Positions 8,831-19,419 of a stretch of 27,388 nt of DNA are shown piece after piece; within the stretch, counting starts at the first letter, position 1, and every line of letters begins with the position of its first letter. The translations under genes and the position numbers were made by a program. A model generated the notes under the pieces. It did no database searches and had not been told where the DNA came from. It saw nothing but the letters and a program-made list of their open reading frames with translations. Source of the stretch: an uncultured Conexibacter sp. (GTDB lineage Bacteria > Actinomycetota > Thermoleophilia > Solirubrobacterales > 70-9); the NCBI GenBank assembly GCA_964613275.1, contig CAZTGN010000005.1:1-27388 (forward strand). The letters are read 5' to 3'.

Positions 8831-10468
8831 CTACGGCCCGATCCGCGTGCACTCCTTGCCGGCGCAGGTCGACAGCTCGGCTGTCTTGTCGGCGAGTCGG
8901 GCCTCGACGTCGGCGTGGGCCGGATCGCCGGCGAGGTTGTGGAGCTCGTGCGGATCGCTCTGGCGGTCGAAGAGCTGCCGGTCGCCGCTGCCGGTGTACT
9001 CGACGAACGTCCAACGGTCGGTCCGCACGCCCGCATAGGGCTGATCCCAGGCGTTGACGGGGATCGCTCCGGCGAAGAGCGGTGCCGGCGCCTCGATCCC
9101 GAGCGCCCGCTCCGGCGCCGCCGCGGGGTCGGCCATCGTCGGCAGCAGCGAGAGGCCGTCGACGGTCCGGCCGGCGCGCGCGTTCGCGAGGTCGAGCAGG
9201 GTCGGCGCGAAATCGACGTTCGAGACCTGACCGGTGACCTTCTCGCCGCGCGGGATCCCGGGGCCGCGGACGATCAGCGGCACCTTCAGCGACTCGTCGT
9301 AGGGCAGGAACTTGTCTCCGGGGATGCGATGCTCGCCCTGCAGCCAGCCGTTGTCGGAGAGGAACATGATCACGGTGTTCTCGAGCTGGTGGGTCTCGCG
9401 CAGCGTCTCGATCATCTCGCGGACCTGGTCGTCGACGGACATCAGCGACCCGCCCCGCCCCTGGTAGTCGAGCTCGAGCTGGTCGATGTCGGCCTGGTCG
9501 AGCGGCGTCGCCGCCTCCATGCTCTCGGGGATCGGGCCCGTGCCCTGGTCGTTGAAGCTCGGCCCCCGGGGAAGCGTCAGCTCAGCGCTCTCGTCGCGGT
9601 AGCGGAACGGCGCGCGGGGATCGGGCCCCGGGCGCCCCATCAGGGTCGTCGAGACGTCCTCGCGATGCGGTGCCGCCGGCGACCACCAGATGAAGAACGG
9701 CTTCCTCGACCGGCGCTCGGCACGGACGAGCCGGGTCGTGACCTTCCCGGTCACGTCGGGCGAGTAGTCGCGCGGGCGCTCCGCACCCCAGTACTCGTAC
9801 GGCGGCGGGCCGAACAGCCGTCCCAGCTCGGCGAAGATCGTCGCCAGCGTGTCGGGCTCGTCGTCGACCTCGACCTCGGCGAACTCGACGAGCTTGCGGG
9901 CGAACTCCTCGTCGCCCCAGCTCTTCAGCTCGCCGTCCTTGTTCATCACGAAGTTGAAGTAGTCGTAGGCGGAGACGTCGAGCAGGCCGCGCCAGGTGTC
10001 GAAGCCCTTCGGAACCTCGCCGTGGGCGTCGAGGGCGCCGTAGCCGTTCAGCCACTTTCCGATCGCGGCGGTCCGGTAGCCGGCGTCGTCGAGCCAGGCC
10101 GGCAACGTGTTGCCGCGGTTCCTCATCCCGTACCAGCCGTAGGGCGCGAAGTTCCCGATCACCCCGTGATTGTGCGAGTACTGGCCGGTGATGAACGTCG
10201 CCCGCGCCGGGCAGCAGAGCGGGAACGAGTCGATCGCGTTCGTGAACCTCGTTCCCTTCTGGGCGAGCTTGCGACGGACGGTGGGCATGAACTGAAGGTC
10301 GGTCTGGGCCATGTCGTCGGTCATCACGACGAGGATGTTCGGCTGCGAGCCCTTCCCGGCCCCGCTCGGGCGCGCGCTCGCCTCCGCCGCGAGGGCCAAC
10401 AGCGCCAGCAGCGCCAAGGCCAGCAGGGCGGCGGGGCTCGGTCGTCGATCGCGGGTCGCGGTCCTCAT
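8831..10468 (-). CDS. Secreted Cys-type (formylglycine-dependent, S1) sulfatase
   Basis: Signal peptide, PNILVVMTDD, signature PLCCPARATFITGQYSHNHG, IGKWLNGY, APH, SDNG, GDKFLPYDESLKVPL, NVDFAPT, FDRQSDPHELHN. GGAGGTGA RBS before ATG 10468. Confidence 0.93.
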   Translation of the reverse strand: MRTATRDRRPSPAALLALALLALLALAAEASARPSGAGKGSQPNILVVMTDDMAQTDLQFMPTVRRKLAQKGTRFTNAIDSFPLCCPARATFITGQYSHNHGVIGNFAPYGWYGMRNRGNTLPAWLDDAGYRTAAIGKWLNGYGALDAHGEVPKGFDTWRGLLDVSAYDYFNFVMNKDGELKSWGDEEFARKLVEFAEVEVDDEPDTLATIFAELGRLFGPPPYEYWGAERPRDYSPDVTGKVTTRLVRAERRSRKPFFIWWSPAAPHREDVSTTLMGRPGPDPRAPFRYRDESAELTLPRGPSFNDQGTGPIPESMEAATPLDQADIDQLELDYQGRGGSLMSVDDQVREMIETLRETHQLENTVIMFLSDNGWLQGEHRIPGDKFLPYDESLKVPLIVRGPGIPRGEKVTGQVSNVDFAPTLLDLANARAGRTVDGLSLLPTMADPAAAPERALGIEAPAPLFAGAIPVNAWDQPYAGVRTDRWTFVEYTGSGDRQLFDRQSDPHELHNLAGDPAHADVEARLADKTAELSTCAGKECTRIGP

Positions 10469-10472
10469 CGGG

Positions 10473-12176
10473 TCACCTCCGGATGGCTCGAGCCGGCTCG
10501 GTTCCGGCCTCATTCATCGCCTCGGCGAGCGCCTCGGCGAGCTCGTCACGGATCGCGGCGTCGGCGGGATCGATGACCGTCCCGCTCCGCACCCCGACCA
10601 GGTTGCGGACCTCGTCGGGATCGCGCTCGAGGTCGTACATCTCGTACTCGCTCGGACGCTCGCCGGCAGGGTCGAAGTAGAAGCCGTACTTGTGGCGCGG
10701 GGTGCGGACCGCCCGCAGGCGGCTCGGCTGCCCCGGGGCCTCGCGCTGGGCGGTCGCCGCCTGGTGGTCGTCGTAGGTGAAGTGGACGGACTCGCGAACG
10801 CCCTCCGTCGGCCGTCGATGCTCGAGCACCGGCCGCAGGTCGACGCCGGCACGGTCGACGGGCTCGCGCGCGGGCCCGGCGCGAGATGCCATCACCGGCA
10901 CGAGGCTGCGGCCCTTGAGGCCGAGCTCGACGCCGGCGGGGCGGCCGGAGAGCTCGAGCACGGTCGGCAGCACGTCGACGAGCGAGCCGAGCGCGTCGGT
11001 CTCGGCCGGCCGCGGGAACAGGACCGGGTTCGAGATCACGAGGGGGACGTTGATCGTCTCCTCGTAGGCGTTGAACGCCTTCTGCCGCAGGCCGCCGTGG
11101 GAGAGGCCCATCTCGCCGTGATCAGCGCAGCGGACGATCACGGTCCGCGAGCGGAGCGACGCCGGATCGTCGGCACCGCCGAGCGCGGCGAGGATGCGGC
11201 CGATCTTCGCGTCGACGAGCCGGTGCAGGTGGGCGTAGAAGTTGACGTAGTCGAGCCGGCGGCGGTGGCTGTCGAGCGGGCCCAGGTAGGCGGTCATGCC
11301 CATCCGCATCAGCGAGTGGACGGCCGGCTTGCCGGCCATGACCTCGTCGACGGTCGGCGGCAGCGGCACCCCGAGCTCGCGGAAGTCCCCGTCCGCGTAG
11401 CCCCCGGCAGCGTAGGAGGCGGGATAGCCGAGGACGTCGTGGGGGTTGACGAGGGAGGCGACCAGGCAGAACGGCTCCGGCAGGTCCTCGCGGCCGAGCC
11501 AGCGCTCGATCTGGGTCGTGTAGACCTCGTCCCACCCCTCCCCTTCCCCGGCGCTGCCGCCGCCGAAGTTCTCGGCCCGGGCGTTCTCGCCGGCGTCGGG
11601 CGCCTCCCAGTCGGCGAAGCCGTAGTCGCGCTCGATCCGGGCGGCGTCGCGCTCGCTCCAGCCGCCGAGCATCGATCCGGGCCCGCCGAGCGGATGGGTG
11701 AGGTGCCACTTGCCCTTGTAGGCGACCTCGTAGCCGCGCTCGCGCAGAAGTCGCGGCAGGCTCGGTATCGCGGCCGGCAGCTCGGTCTCGTGGCCGGTGC
11801 TCCGATCGAGCCCGGCCGCACCCTTGGCGAACTGGGTGAGGACCCGGCGCGGCGGCGCCTCGCGACGGCGCAGGATCTTCCCCATCTCCCTCATCACCGC
11901 CCGGGAGTTGGTCGGGTCGGGCCGCAGGTCGGCCGCGGTCAGCGTCAGCTCGACCCCGTGCTCGGCCGGGTAACGGCTCGTGAGCAGGCTGGCGCGACTC
12001 GGCGAGCACATCGACGAGCTGCAGAAGCCGCGCGTGAACGTGAGCCCGGTGCGCGCGAGCTCGGCGCAGCTCGGCATCAGCGCGTCGACCCAGCCCGGCT
12101 CGTCCGGCCAGTGGCGGACCTGCCGCTGCTGGTCGGTGATCAGCAGGAGCACGTTCGGAGGCTTCGACGCGGCTAT
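10473..12176 (-). CDS. Cys-type sulfatase, no signal peptide; start codon uncertain (ATA 12176 or GTG 12152)
   Basis: PNVLLLITDQQR, CSPSRASLLTSRYP, YKGKWHL, SLVNPHD, ADHGEMG, KAFNAYEETINVPL, YDLERDPDEVRN. This is the C-terminal part of track ORF 10473..14249. Confidence 0.88.
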   Translation of the reverse strand: MAASKPPNVLLLITDQQRQVRHWPDEPGWVDALMPSCAELARTGLTFTRGFCSSSMCSPSRASLLTSRYPAEHGVELTLTAADLRPDPTNSRAVMREMGKILRRREAPPRRVLTQFAKGAAGLDRSTGHETELPAAIPSLPRLLRERGYEVAYKGKWHLTHPLGGPGSMLGGWSERDAARIERDYGFADWEAPDAGENARAENFGGGSAGEGEGWDEVYTTQIERWLGREDLPEPFCLVASLVNPHDVLGYPASYAAGGYADGDFRELGVPLPPTVDEVMAGKPAVHSLMRMGMTAYLGPLDSHRRRLDYVNFYAHLHRLVDAKIGRILAALGGADDPASLRSRTVIVRCADHGEMGLSHGGLRQKAFNAYEETINVPLVISNPVLFPRPAETDALGSLVDVLPTVLELSGRPAGVELGLKGRSLVPVMASRAGPAREPVDRAGVDLRPVLEHRRPTEGVRESVHFTYDDHQAATAQREAPGQPSRLRAVRTPRHKYGFYFDPAGERPSEYEMYDLERDPDEVRNLVGVRSGTVIDPADAAIRDELAEALAEAMNEAGTEPARAIRR

Positions 12177-14779
12177 GGGAGCGTCCCGTCCCAGTTCGCC
12201 TCGTAGCAGGGGCTCGCGCCGCAGGGATCGGTGATCCTGCCGCCCGTGTCGAGGAACTCGGCGATCTGCCGGCGGATCGCCGGCGTGTTGCGGATCACGC
12301 GGTCGTGCGGGTCGAGCCCGAAGCTGTCGTCGGGGGAGGTGTTGGTCAGCGGCGGCGGGTCGGTGCCGAGGATGTCGTCGGGATCGGGCGTGGTCGGGTC
12401 GGGCCGCTTCGGCCCGACGTCCCAGATGAAGAAGCCGCTCCCCTCGGCCGCCGGGCCGGAGAGGTCGCCGAGCGTCTCGAGGCCGGCGAACGGGTTCGCG
12501 TACTCCGGCTGGAGGCGGTCGGCGTCGACCGCCGGCATCCGCAGCGGCGCCCCGATCGTCCGCGCCTCGACCTCGGTCTGGACGTTGGCCACCTGGTGGT
12601 CGCCGTAGGCCATCTCGATCAGCACCTCGTGCGGCGGCGTGCCCGGCAGCGGGTCGTCGGTCATGTGGTTGGCGTACCCGTTCGGCTCGCCACGGTCCCA
12701 CATCGACTGGATCAGGGTCAGAAGCAGCGGCCGCTCCGCCTCGACCGGGTAGCTCGGGTAGAGGACCAGCGCGTAGTCCTCGAAGTCGATGCTGCGCGTC
12801 AGCATCACCGAGTAGTTCATCGCGGGCACGTAGAGGACCGAGCGGGTGAAGTCGGTGGCGACCGCGGTCAGCGCGCCGCCGGCGATCCCGCCCTGGCTGT
12901 TGCCGTAGTAGAACAGCGGCTTCGTCGTGTCGATGACGCTCGCACCGTTGAACCGGAAGGCGGGATCGGCGGCGAACCCGTCCGGGTGGATCATCGCCCG
13001 CCCGAGATAGAGGAAGTCGAGGAAGCCCTGCTGGAGGCGGTCCGGAAGCGGCTTGAAGTCCGACAGGTCGAGCAGCGCCGGAACCGCGACCGGTCCGACG
13101 TCGTCCTCCGACATCCCGATCCAGTCGGTGGCGCAGGTCATCACCCCGTGGTCGGTGCCGAGCGTCCGGACGTCGCGGGTGTGGACCTCGCTGTAGTCGC
13201 CGAAGAGCCCGTGCCCGTACATCGAGGTGCGCACGGGCGCGATCACGTCGCCGCTCCCGTCGACGGCCGAGCGCGGGATGTTGCAGGTGAAGCGGGCGTC
13301 GTAGAAGCCGTTCTGCCGCGGGATCCCGTCTCCGTCGAGGTTGAGGACGGCGCCCGGGTCGCACGGCTTCGCCGGCCCGCCGCCGTCGGGGTCGGTCATG
13401 TAGCAAGGCACGCTCACCGTGCCGGTGACCTCGCGGATGTTCTCGGCCCCTCGTTCGTTCGGCGTCGCCGCGTCGGGGAAGTCGACGACGCCGTCGGGGC
13501 CGTTGCCCGGGTCGCCGTCGTTCGGGTTGATCGTGAACCCGGGCGAGGTACCGTCGACGCCGCCGTCGGTCAGGTCGGCGTCCCCGAGGTCGGCGAACGC
13601 CTGGTCGCGCATCGAGAGCATCCGGCCGGTCATGTTGGCGGTGCTGGCGACGGTGAAGTCCCAGGCGAGGTAGAGGCCGTGACGCCTGATGCCGGCGTCG
13701 CCGAGCGTGTCGAAGATCGATTCGAAGTGGTCCCGGCGCCGCTCGATCGCGCCGATCCCGGTCGGGATCCGGTCGCGGTAGAGCTGAAAGCCGGCCGGCG
13801 CATCGATCGGAGCGCCGGCTGCGTCCTCGATCCCCCGCAGGGCGACGACGTAGCGGTGGCCGTCCTCGAGGTTCTTGCCGAAGTGGACCAGCAGGTCGGT
13901 CTGATCGGGGCTCGAGGCGTTCGAGTCGAGCTCGGCCCAGATCAGCTGCCGCTCGCCGGAGTCGGCATCGATCACGACGATCGGCTGCTGCGGGTCGAAC
14001 GACTCGTCCATGTCGGTGATCGCGACCGGATCGGTCGCGGCGAACGCCGCCGGCGTGTCCATCCCGGGCACCCGGAGGACGATCGGGGCGCCGGGGCTGA
14101 AGCCGTCGCTGGTGTTGAGCTCGCCCGGGTCGACCGGGACGCCGCTGGCGTTCGTCGGCATCGACGCCGTCTTCAGGTCGAGGCGGAGCCCCGTCGGCGT
14201 CGAGTCGTCGGGGCGGGTGTAGAAGTCGTTGGGGTAGGGGAACAGGCACTGCTCGCCCGGCGCGGCGATCGGATCGCAGCGGTCGGCGGCGGCGACCTCC
14301 ACCCCGACCGGGTCGGCCCCGTCGCAGCGGGCCGGATCGCGCTTCATCTTCGCCGTCGCGACGACCTTGCGGGTCTCGCCCTTCGCGCTGTAGCGGCCGG
14401 TCAGCCGCAGCCTGGTCGCCATGCAGCTACGGACGAGGGGCTCGCCGGCGCGGTTGATCGTGAACGTCACGCGGCTCCTGCGGCCCCGGCGGACGCGAGC
14501 CTTCCGATTGGCGGCGATGTTCGTCCTCTCGCCGCCCTGGAGGACCGCCAGAGACAGCGTCATCCGCTTCGCCTTGCGGCCGCGGTGGGTAGCGGTGGCG
14601 AAGGCCTCGCCGCTGCTCACGAGCGCCGCCTGGGCGGACTTCTTCAGCTCCAGCTGCGGCTGCGGCGACTTCGCCGCGTCGGCGGCGGCGATCGGCCCGG
14701 CGATCGTGACGACGATCGCGACGGCGGCGATGACGACGGCTGCGATGTCGATCCGGCCGGTCCCGGCGGCTTTGGACAA
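12173..14779 (-). CDS. Large secreted protein with C-terminal alpha/beta-hydrolase (lipase/esterase-like) domain
   Basis: TTG start with GGAGAG RBS, long signal peptide ending AAADA, CLFPYPNDFY, DGFSPGAP, oxyanion-like YGHGLFG, nucleophile elbow YGNSQGG (12890-12904), GDHQV and a C-terminal DPH. Confidence 0.8.
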   Translation of the reverse strand: MSKAAGTGRIDIAAVVIAAVAIVVTIAGPIAAADAAKSPQPQLELKKSAQAALVSSGEAFATATHRGRKAKRMTLSLAVLQGGERTNIAANRKARVRRGRRSRVTFTINRAGEPLVRSCMATRLRLTGRYSAKGETRKVVATAKMKRDPARCDGADPVGVEVAAADRCDPIAAPGEQCLFPYPNDFYTRPDDSTPTGLRLDLKTASMPTNASGVPVDPGELNTSDGFSPGAPIVLRVPGMDTPAAFAATDPVAITDMDESFDPQQPIVVIDADSGERQLIWAELDSNASSPDQTDLLVHFGKNLEDGHRYVVALRGIEDAAGAPIDAPAGFQLYRDRIPTGIGAIERRRDHFESIFDTLGDAGIRRHGLYLAWDFTVASTANMTGRMLSMRDQAFADLGDADLTDGGVDGTSPGFTINPNDGDPGNGPDGVVDFPDAATPNERGAENIREVTGTVSVPCYMTDPDGGGPAKPCDPGAVLNLDGDGIPRQNGFYDARFTCNIPRSAVDGSGDVIAPVRTSMYGHGLFGDYSEVHTRDVRTLGTDHGVMTCATDWIGMSEDDVGPVAVPALLDLSDFKPLPDRLQQGFLDFLYLGRAMIHPDGFAADPAFRFNGASVIDTTKPLFYYGNSQGGIAGGALTAVATDFTRSVLYVPAMNYSVMLTRSIDFEDYALVLYPSYPVEAERPLLLTLIQSMWDRGEPNGYANHMTDDPLPGTPPHEVLIEMAYGDHQVANVQTEVEARTIGAPLRMPAVDADRLQPEYANPFAGLETLGDLSGPAAEGSGFFIWDVGPKRPDPTTPDPDDILGTDPPPLTNTSPDDSFGLDPHDRVIRNTPAIRRQIAEFLDTGGRITDPCGASPCYEANWDGTLP

Positions 14780-14833
14780 GTGCTCTCTCCTCTGGTCGGC
14801 TCCCCGCTCCGACCGGACCGGGGCCGAGCGGCG

Positions 14834-14863
14834 ATCCTAGCCGCTTAACTGAGGCTGCGTCAA
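14834..14863 (-). promoter_or_regulatory. Sigma70/SigA-type promoter of the hydrolase-sulfatase operon
   Basis: TTGACG-N18-TAGGAT on the minus strand, about 55 nt upstream of the TTG. Confidence 0.75.
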
Positions 14864-14942
14864 TAGCGAACCGCCCGACTCGTCGCCTCGCGGTCCCGAT
14901 CGATCCCCCGGAGGCGTCGGGAGAGCTCGGAGTCAGCTCGGC

Positions 14943-15593
14943 CTAGGCCGCAACATCCCGATCGGCGGCGATGCGGACCCGGCGGCCGACCCAGGGCAGC
15001 GAGAGGAGCGCCAGCCAGCTGAGCTGCGCCACGATCGGCGAGAGCAGCGCGATCGGTATCGAAGCGAGGAAGATCAGCGACCGGAGCCGGCCGGTGACGA
15101 GCTGCTCGCGTCGCTGACCGGGGCTGACCGGCACCGTCAGCCCGGCCCCGAAGGCGATCTTGTCGAGGCGTGAGTCGGCGAGCGCCGCCAGCCCGACGTT
15201 GGCGGCGTACACGACGACCGAGATCGACTGGTCGCCGTAGGTCCCCATCAGGTCCGTCGTGAACGGCATCAGCGCGATCAGCGAGAGCAGCAGCAGGTTC
15301 GCCCAGACGAGTTGCGGCGACGTCGCCCGCAGGCTCGACCACATCTTGTGGTGGCCGTACCAGAAGAGCCCGATCACCGCGAAGGCGATGAAGTACGCCC
15401 ACACGTCCGGGACGAGGTCGTCGAGGGCCGTGGCGAGTCGCTCGTCGCCGGCGAGCTCGGGGACCTCGATGTTGAGGACCAGCAGGGTGATCGCGACCGC
15501 GAAGACCCCGTCGCTGAAACCGCTGACGCGGTCGAGCTCGCGCTGCGTGGAGTCGGCCTCCTCCCGGCTGTCGGTGGCGGCGTCCATCGACAC
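14943..15593 (-). CDS. TMEM175-family potassium channel (DUF1211)
   Basis: RVSGFSDGVFAVAITLLVL signature, FWYGHH, LIALMPF, about six hydrophobic segments. Confidence 0.92.
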   Translation of the reverse strand: MSMDAATDSREEADSTQRELDRVSGFSDGVFAVAITLLVLNIEVPELAGDERLATALDDLVPDVWAYFIAFAVIGLFWYGHHKMWSSLRATSPQLVWANLLLLSLIALMPFTTDLMGTYGDQSISVVVYAANVGLAALADSRLDKIAFGAGLTVPVSPGQRREQLVTGRLRSLIFLASIPIALLSPIVAQLSWLALLSLPWVGRRVRIAADRDVAA

Positions 15594-15637
15594 CGAGCTT
15601 CGCAGGCGATCCGGTCGCCCCGGAGAGGGCCGGACCG

Positions 15638-16201
15638 CTAGCGCGTTCGCCGGAAGCGGACGGCATCGGCCTCGATCTGCCGCTGGCCGTAGGAGCCCTC
15701 GTAGACCGGACCGGACGCGGCGAGCAGGTCACCCGGCCGCGGCAGCGGGTCCGGCCTGAGCTCGGCCTCGACGTCGATGACGGAGATGCCGGATGCGGTG
15801 ATGCCGTCGTCGCCGGCGAGGACGAAGTGGGCGTCGCCGTCGCCGTCGGGATCGACCCGCTCGACGTAGATGATCCGCCCCGACGCGCGCTCGCAGTTGA
15901 CGGCATCGTCGGGACACGGCGGCGCCCGAAGCGGCTTCGGGGATGGAGAGGAGGCGACGGCGCCCGTCGCCTCCTCCGTGATCCCGGCTTCCGTCACGGT
16001 CGCCTCTCCCCCGCCCCCGCACCCGCCGAGGAGCGGGACGACCGCCAACGCCCCCGCGGCGATCCACCCACGACGCCGCCGCGCGGCCAGCGGCCCGCCG
16101 CCCCTCCCGGCCGGCGGGCCGTCAACCCTGCCCGGCGAGCGAACCGCCCTTTCCGGCGAGCGACGATCCGTGCCCGCCGTCGGCGGCCGGTCGTCGCTCA
16201 C
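15638..16201 (-). CDS. Putative lipoprotein
   Basis: Basic RRRR, hydrophobic stretch and lipobox-like LLGG-C, then a low-complexity linker and a beta-rich C-terminal domain containing DPDGDGD. The start is uncertain. Confidence 0.7.
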   Translation of the reverse strand: MSDDRPPTAGTDRRSPERAVRSPGRVDGPPAGRGGGPLAARRRRGWIAAGALAVVPLLGGCGGGGEATVTEAGITEEATGAVASSPSPKPLRAPPCPDDAVNCERASGRIIYVERVDPDGDGDAHFVLAGDDGITASGISVIDVEAELRPDPLPRPGDLLAASGPVYEGSYGQRQIEADAVRFRRTR

Positions 16202-16214
16202 CGGTGGGGGTCGG

Positions 16215-18906
<2,692 letters not shown>

Positions 18907-18924
18907 GGCCGTGGAGTATGACGG

Positions 18925-18945
18925 TCTCTGGAACCGATCAAGTCT
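18925..18945 (-). promoter_or_regulatory. Putative FurA operator overlapping the furA -35 region
   Basis: The minus strand reads AGACTTGATCGGTTCCAGAGA (imperfect palindrome CTTGATCGGTTCCAG), followed by CATACT (-10-like, 18915-18920). It resembles the mycobacterial furA autoregulatory site as I recall it. Confidence 0.6.
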
Positions 18946-19029
18946 CGCCTCCCGGAACCGAGCGGGCGAGGCCTCGGAGGGAAGTCGTGCCGTCGCGGGT
19001 CCTGCTTCGGGCGCTCTAACCTCCTCCCC

Positions 19030-19419
19030 ATGCGCAACCTGCGGCCACTGTTCGACCAGGTCGTGATCAAGGAGCTCGAGCCCGATCGCGTCCGGCAATC
19101 GGGGCTGGTCGTGCCGCCGGGCTCACGGGAGCCGCCGCCCCAGCACGGGATCGTGATCGCGGTCGGGCCCGGGCTCGATTGGTGGGCGCAGGCCGGGGTG
19201 AAGATGCCCGTCGCGCCCGGGGACCACGTCGTCTTTCCCGCCAGCGCCGGCGTCTGGGTCGAGATCGAGGAGGAGCGACTGCTCGTCTGCACGGTCAACG
19301 AGATCCTCGGCGTGCTCGAGGAGATCGGCGTCTGCCCCTTCTGCGAGGGCAAGGGCGTCCCCGGCGGTGACTCATGTCCCGTCTGTGGTCGCGCGGCCGA
19401 GCCGACCGGCCCGGAATGA
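19030..19419 (+). CDS. GroES/Cpn10-like protein with C-terminal CxxC zinc-knuckle extension
   Basis: LRPLFDQVVIK, SGLVVP, GIVIAVGPG, PVAPGDHVVF and EILGVL match the Cpn10 pattern. The tail reads CPFCEGKGVPGGDSCPVCG. TAACCT lies 7 nt upstream of the ATG. Confidence 0.85.
   Translation: MRNLRPLFDQVVIKELEPDRVRQSGLVVPPGSREPPPQHGIVIAVGPGLDWWAQAGVKMPVAPGDHVVFPASAGVWVEIEEERLLVCTVNEILGVLEEIGVCPFCEGKGVPGGDSCPVCGRAAEPTGPE

Noticed and set aside
8806-8831. Direct repeat CCGGTCCCGGC x2 between convergent genes
   Set aside because: Short GC-only repeats are expected by chance at this composition.
12177-14249. N-terminal ~690 aa of the 1258-aa track ORF
   Set aside because: This is an alternative frame of the secreted-protein gene. 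Stops are rare in that frame when third positions are G/C. It is low-complexity and Arg/Pro-rich; only the sulfatase part is credible.
18946-19029. CIRCE/HAIR heat-shock operator upstream of the GroES-like gene
   Set aside because: No TTAGCACTC-N9-GAGTGCTAA or CTTGAGT-N7-ACTCAAG match is visible.
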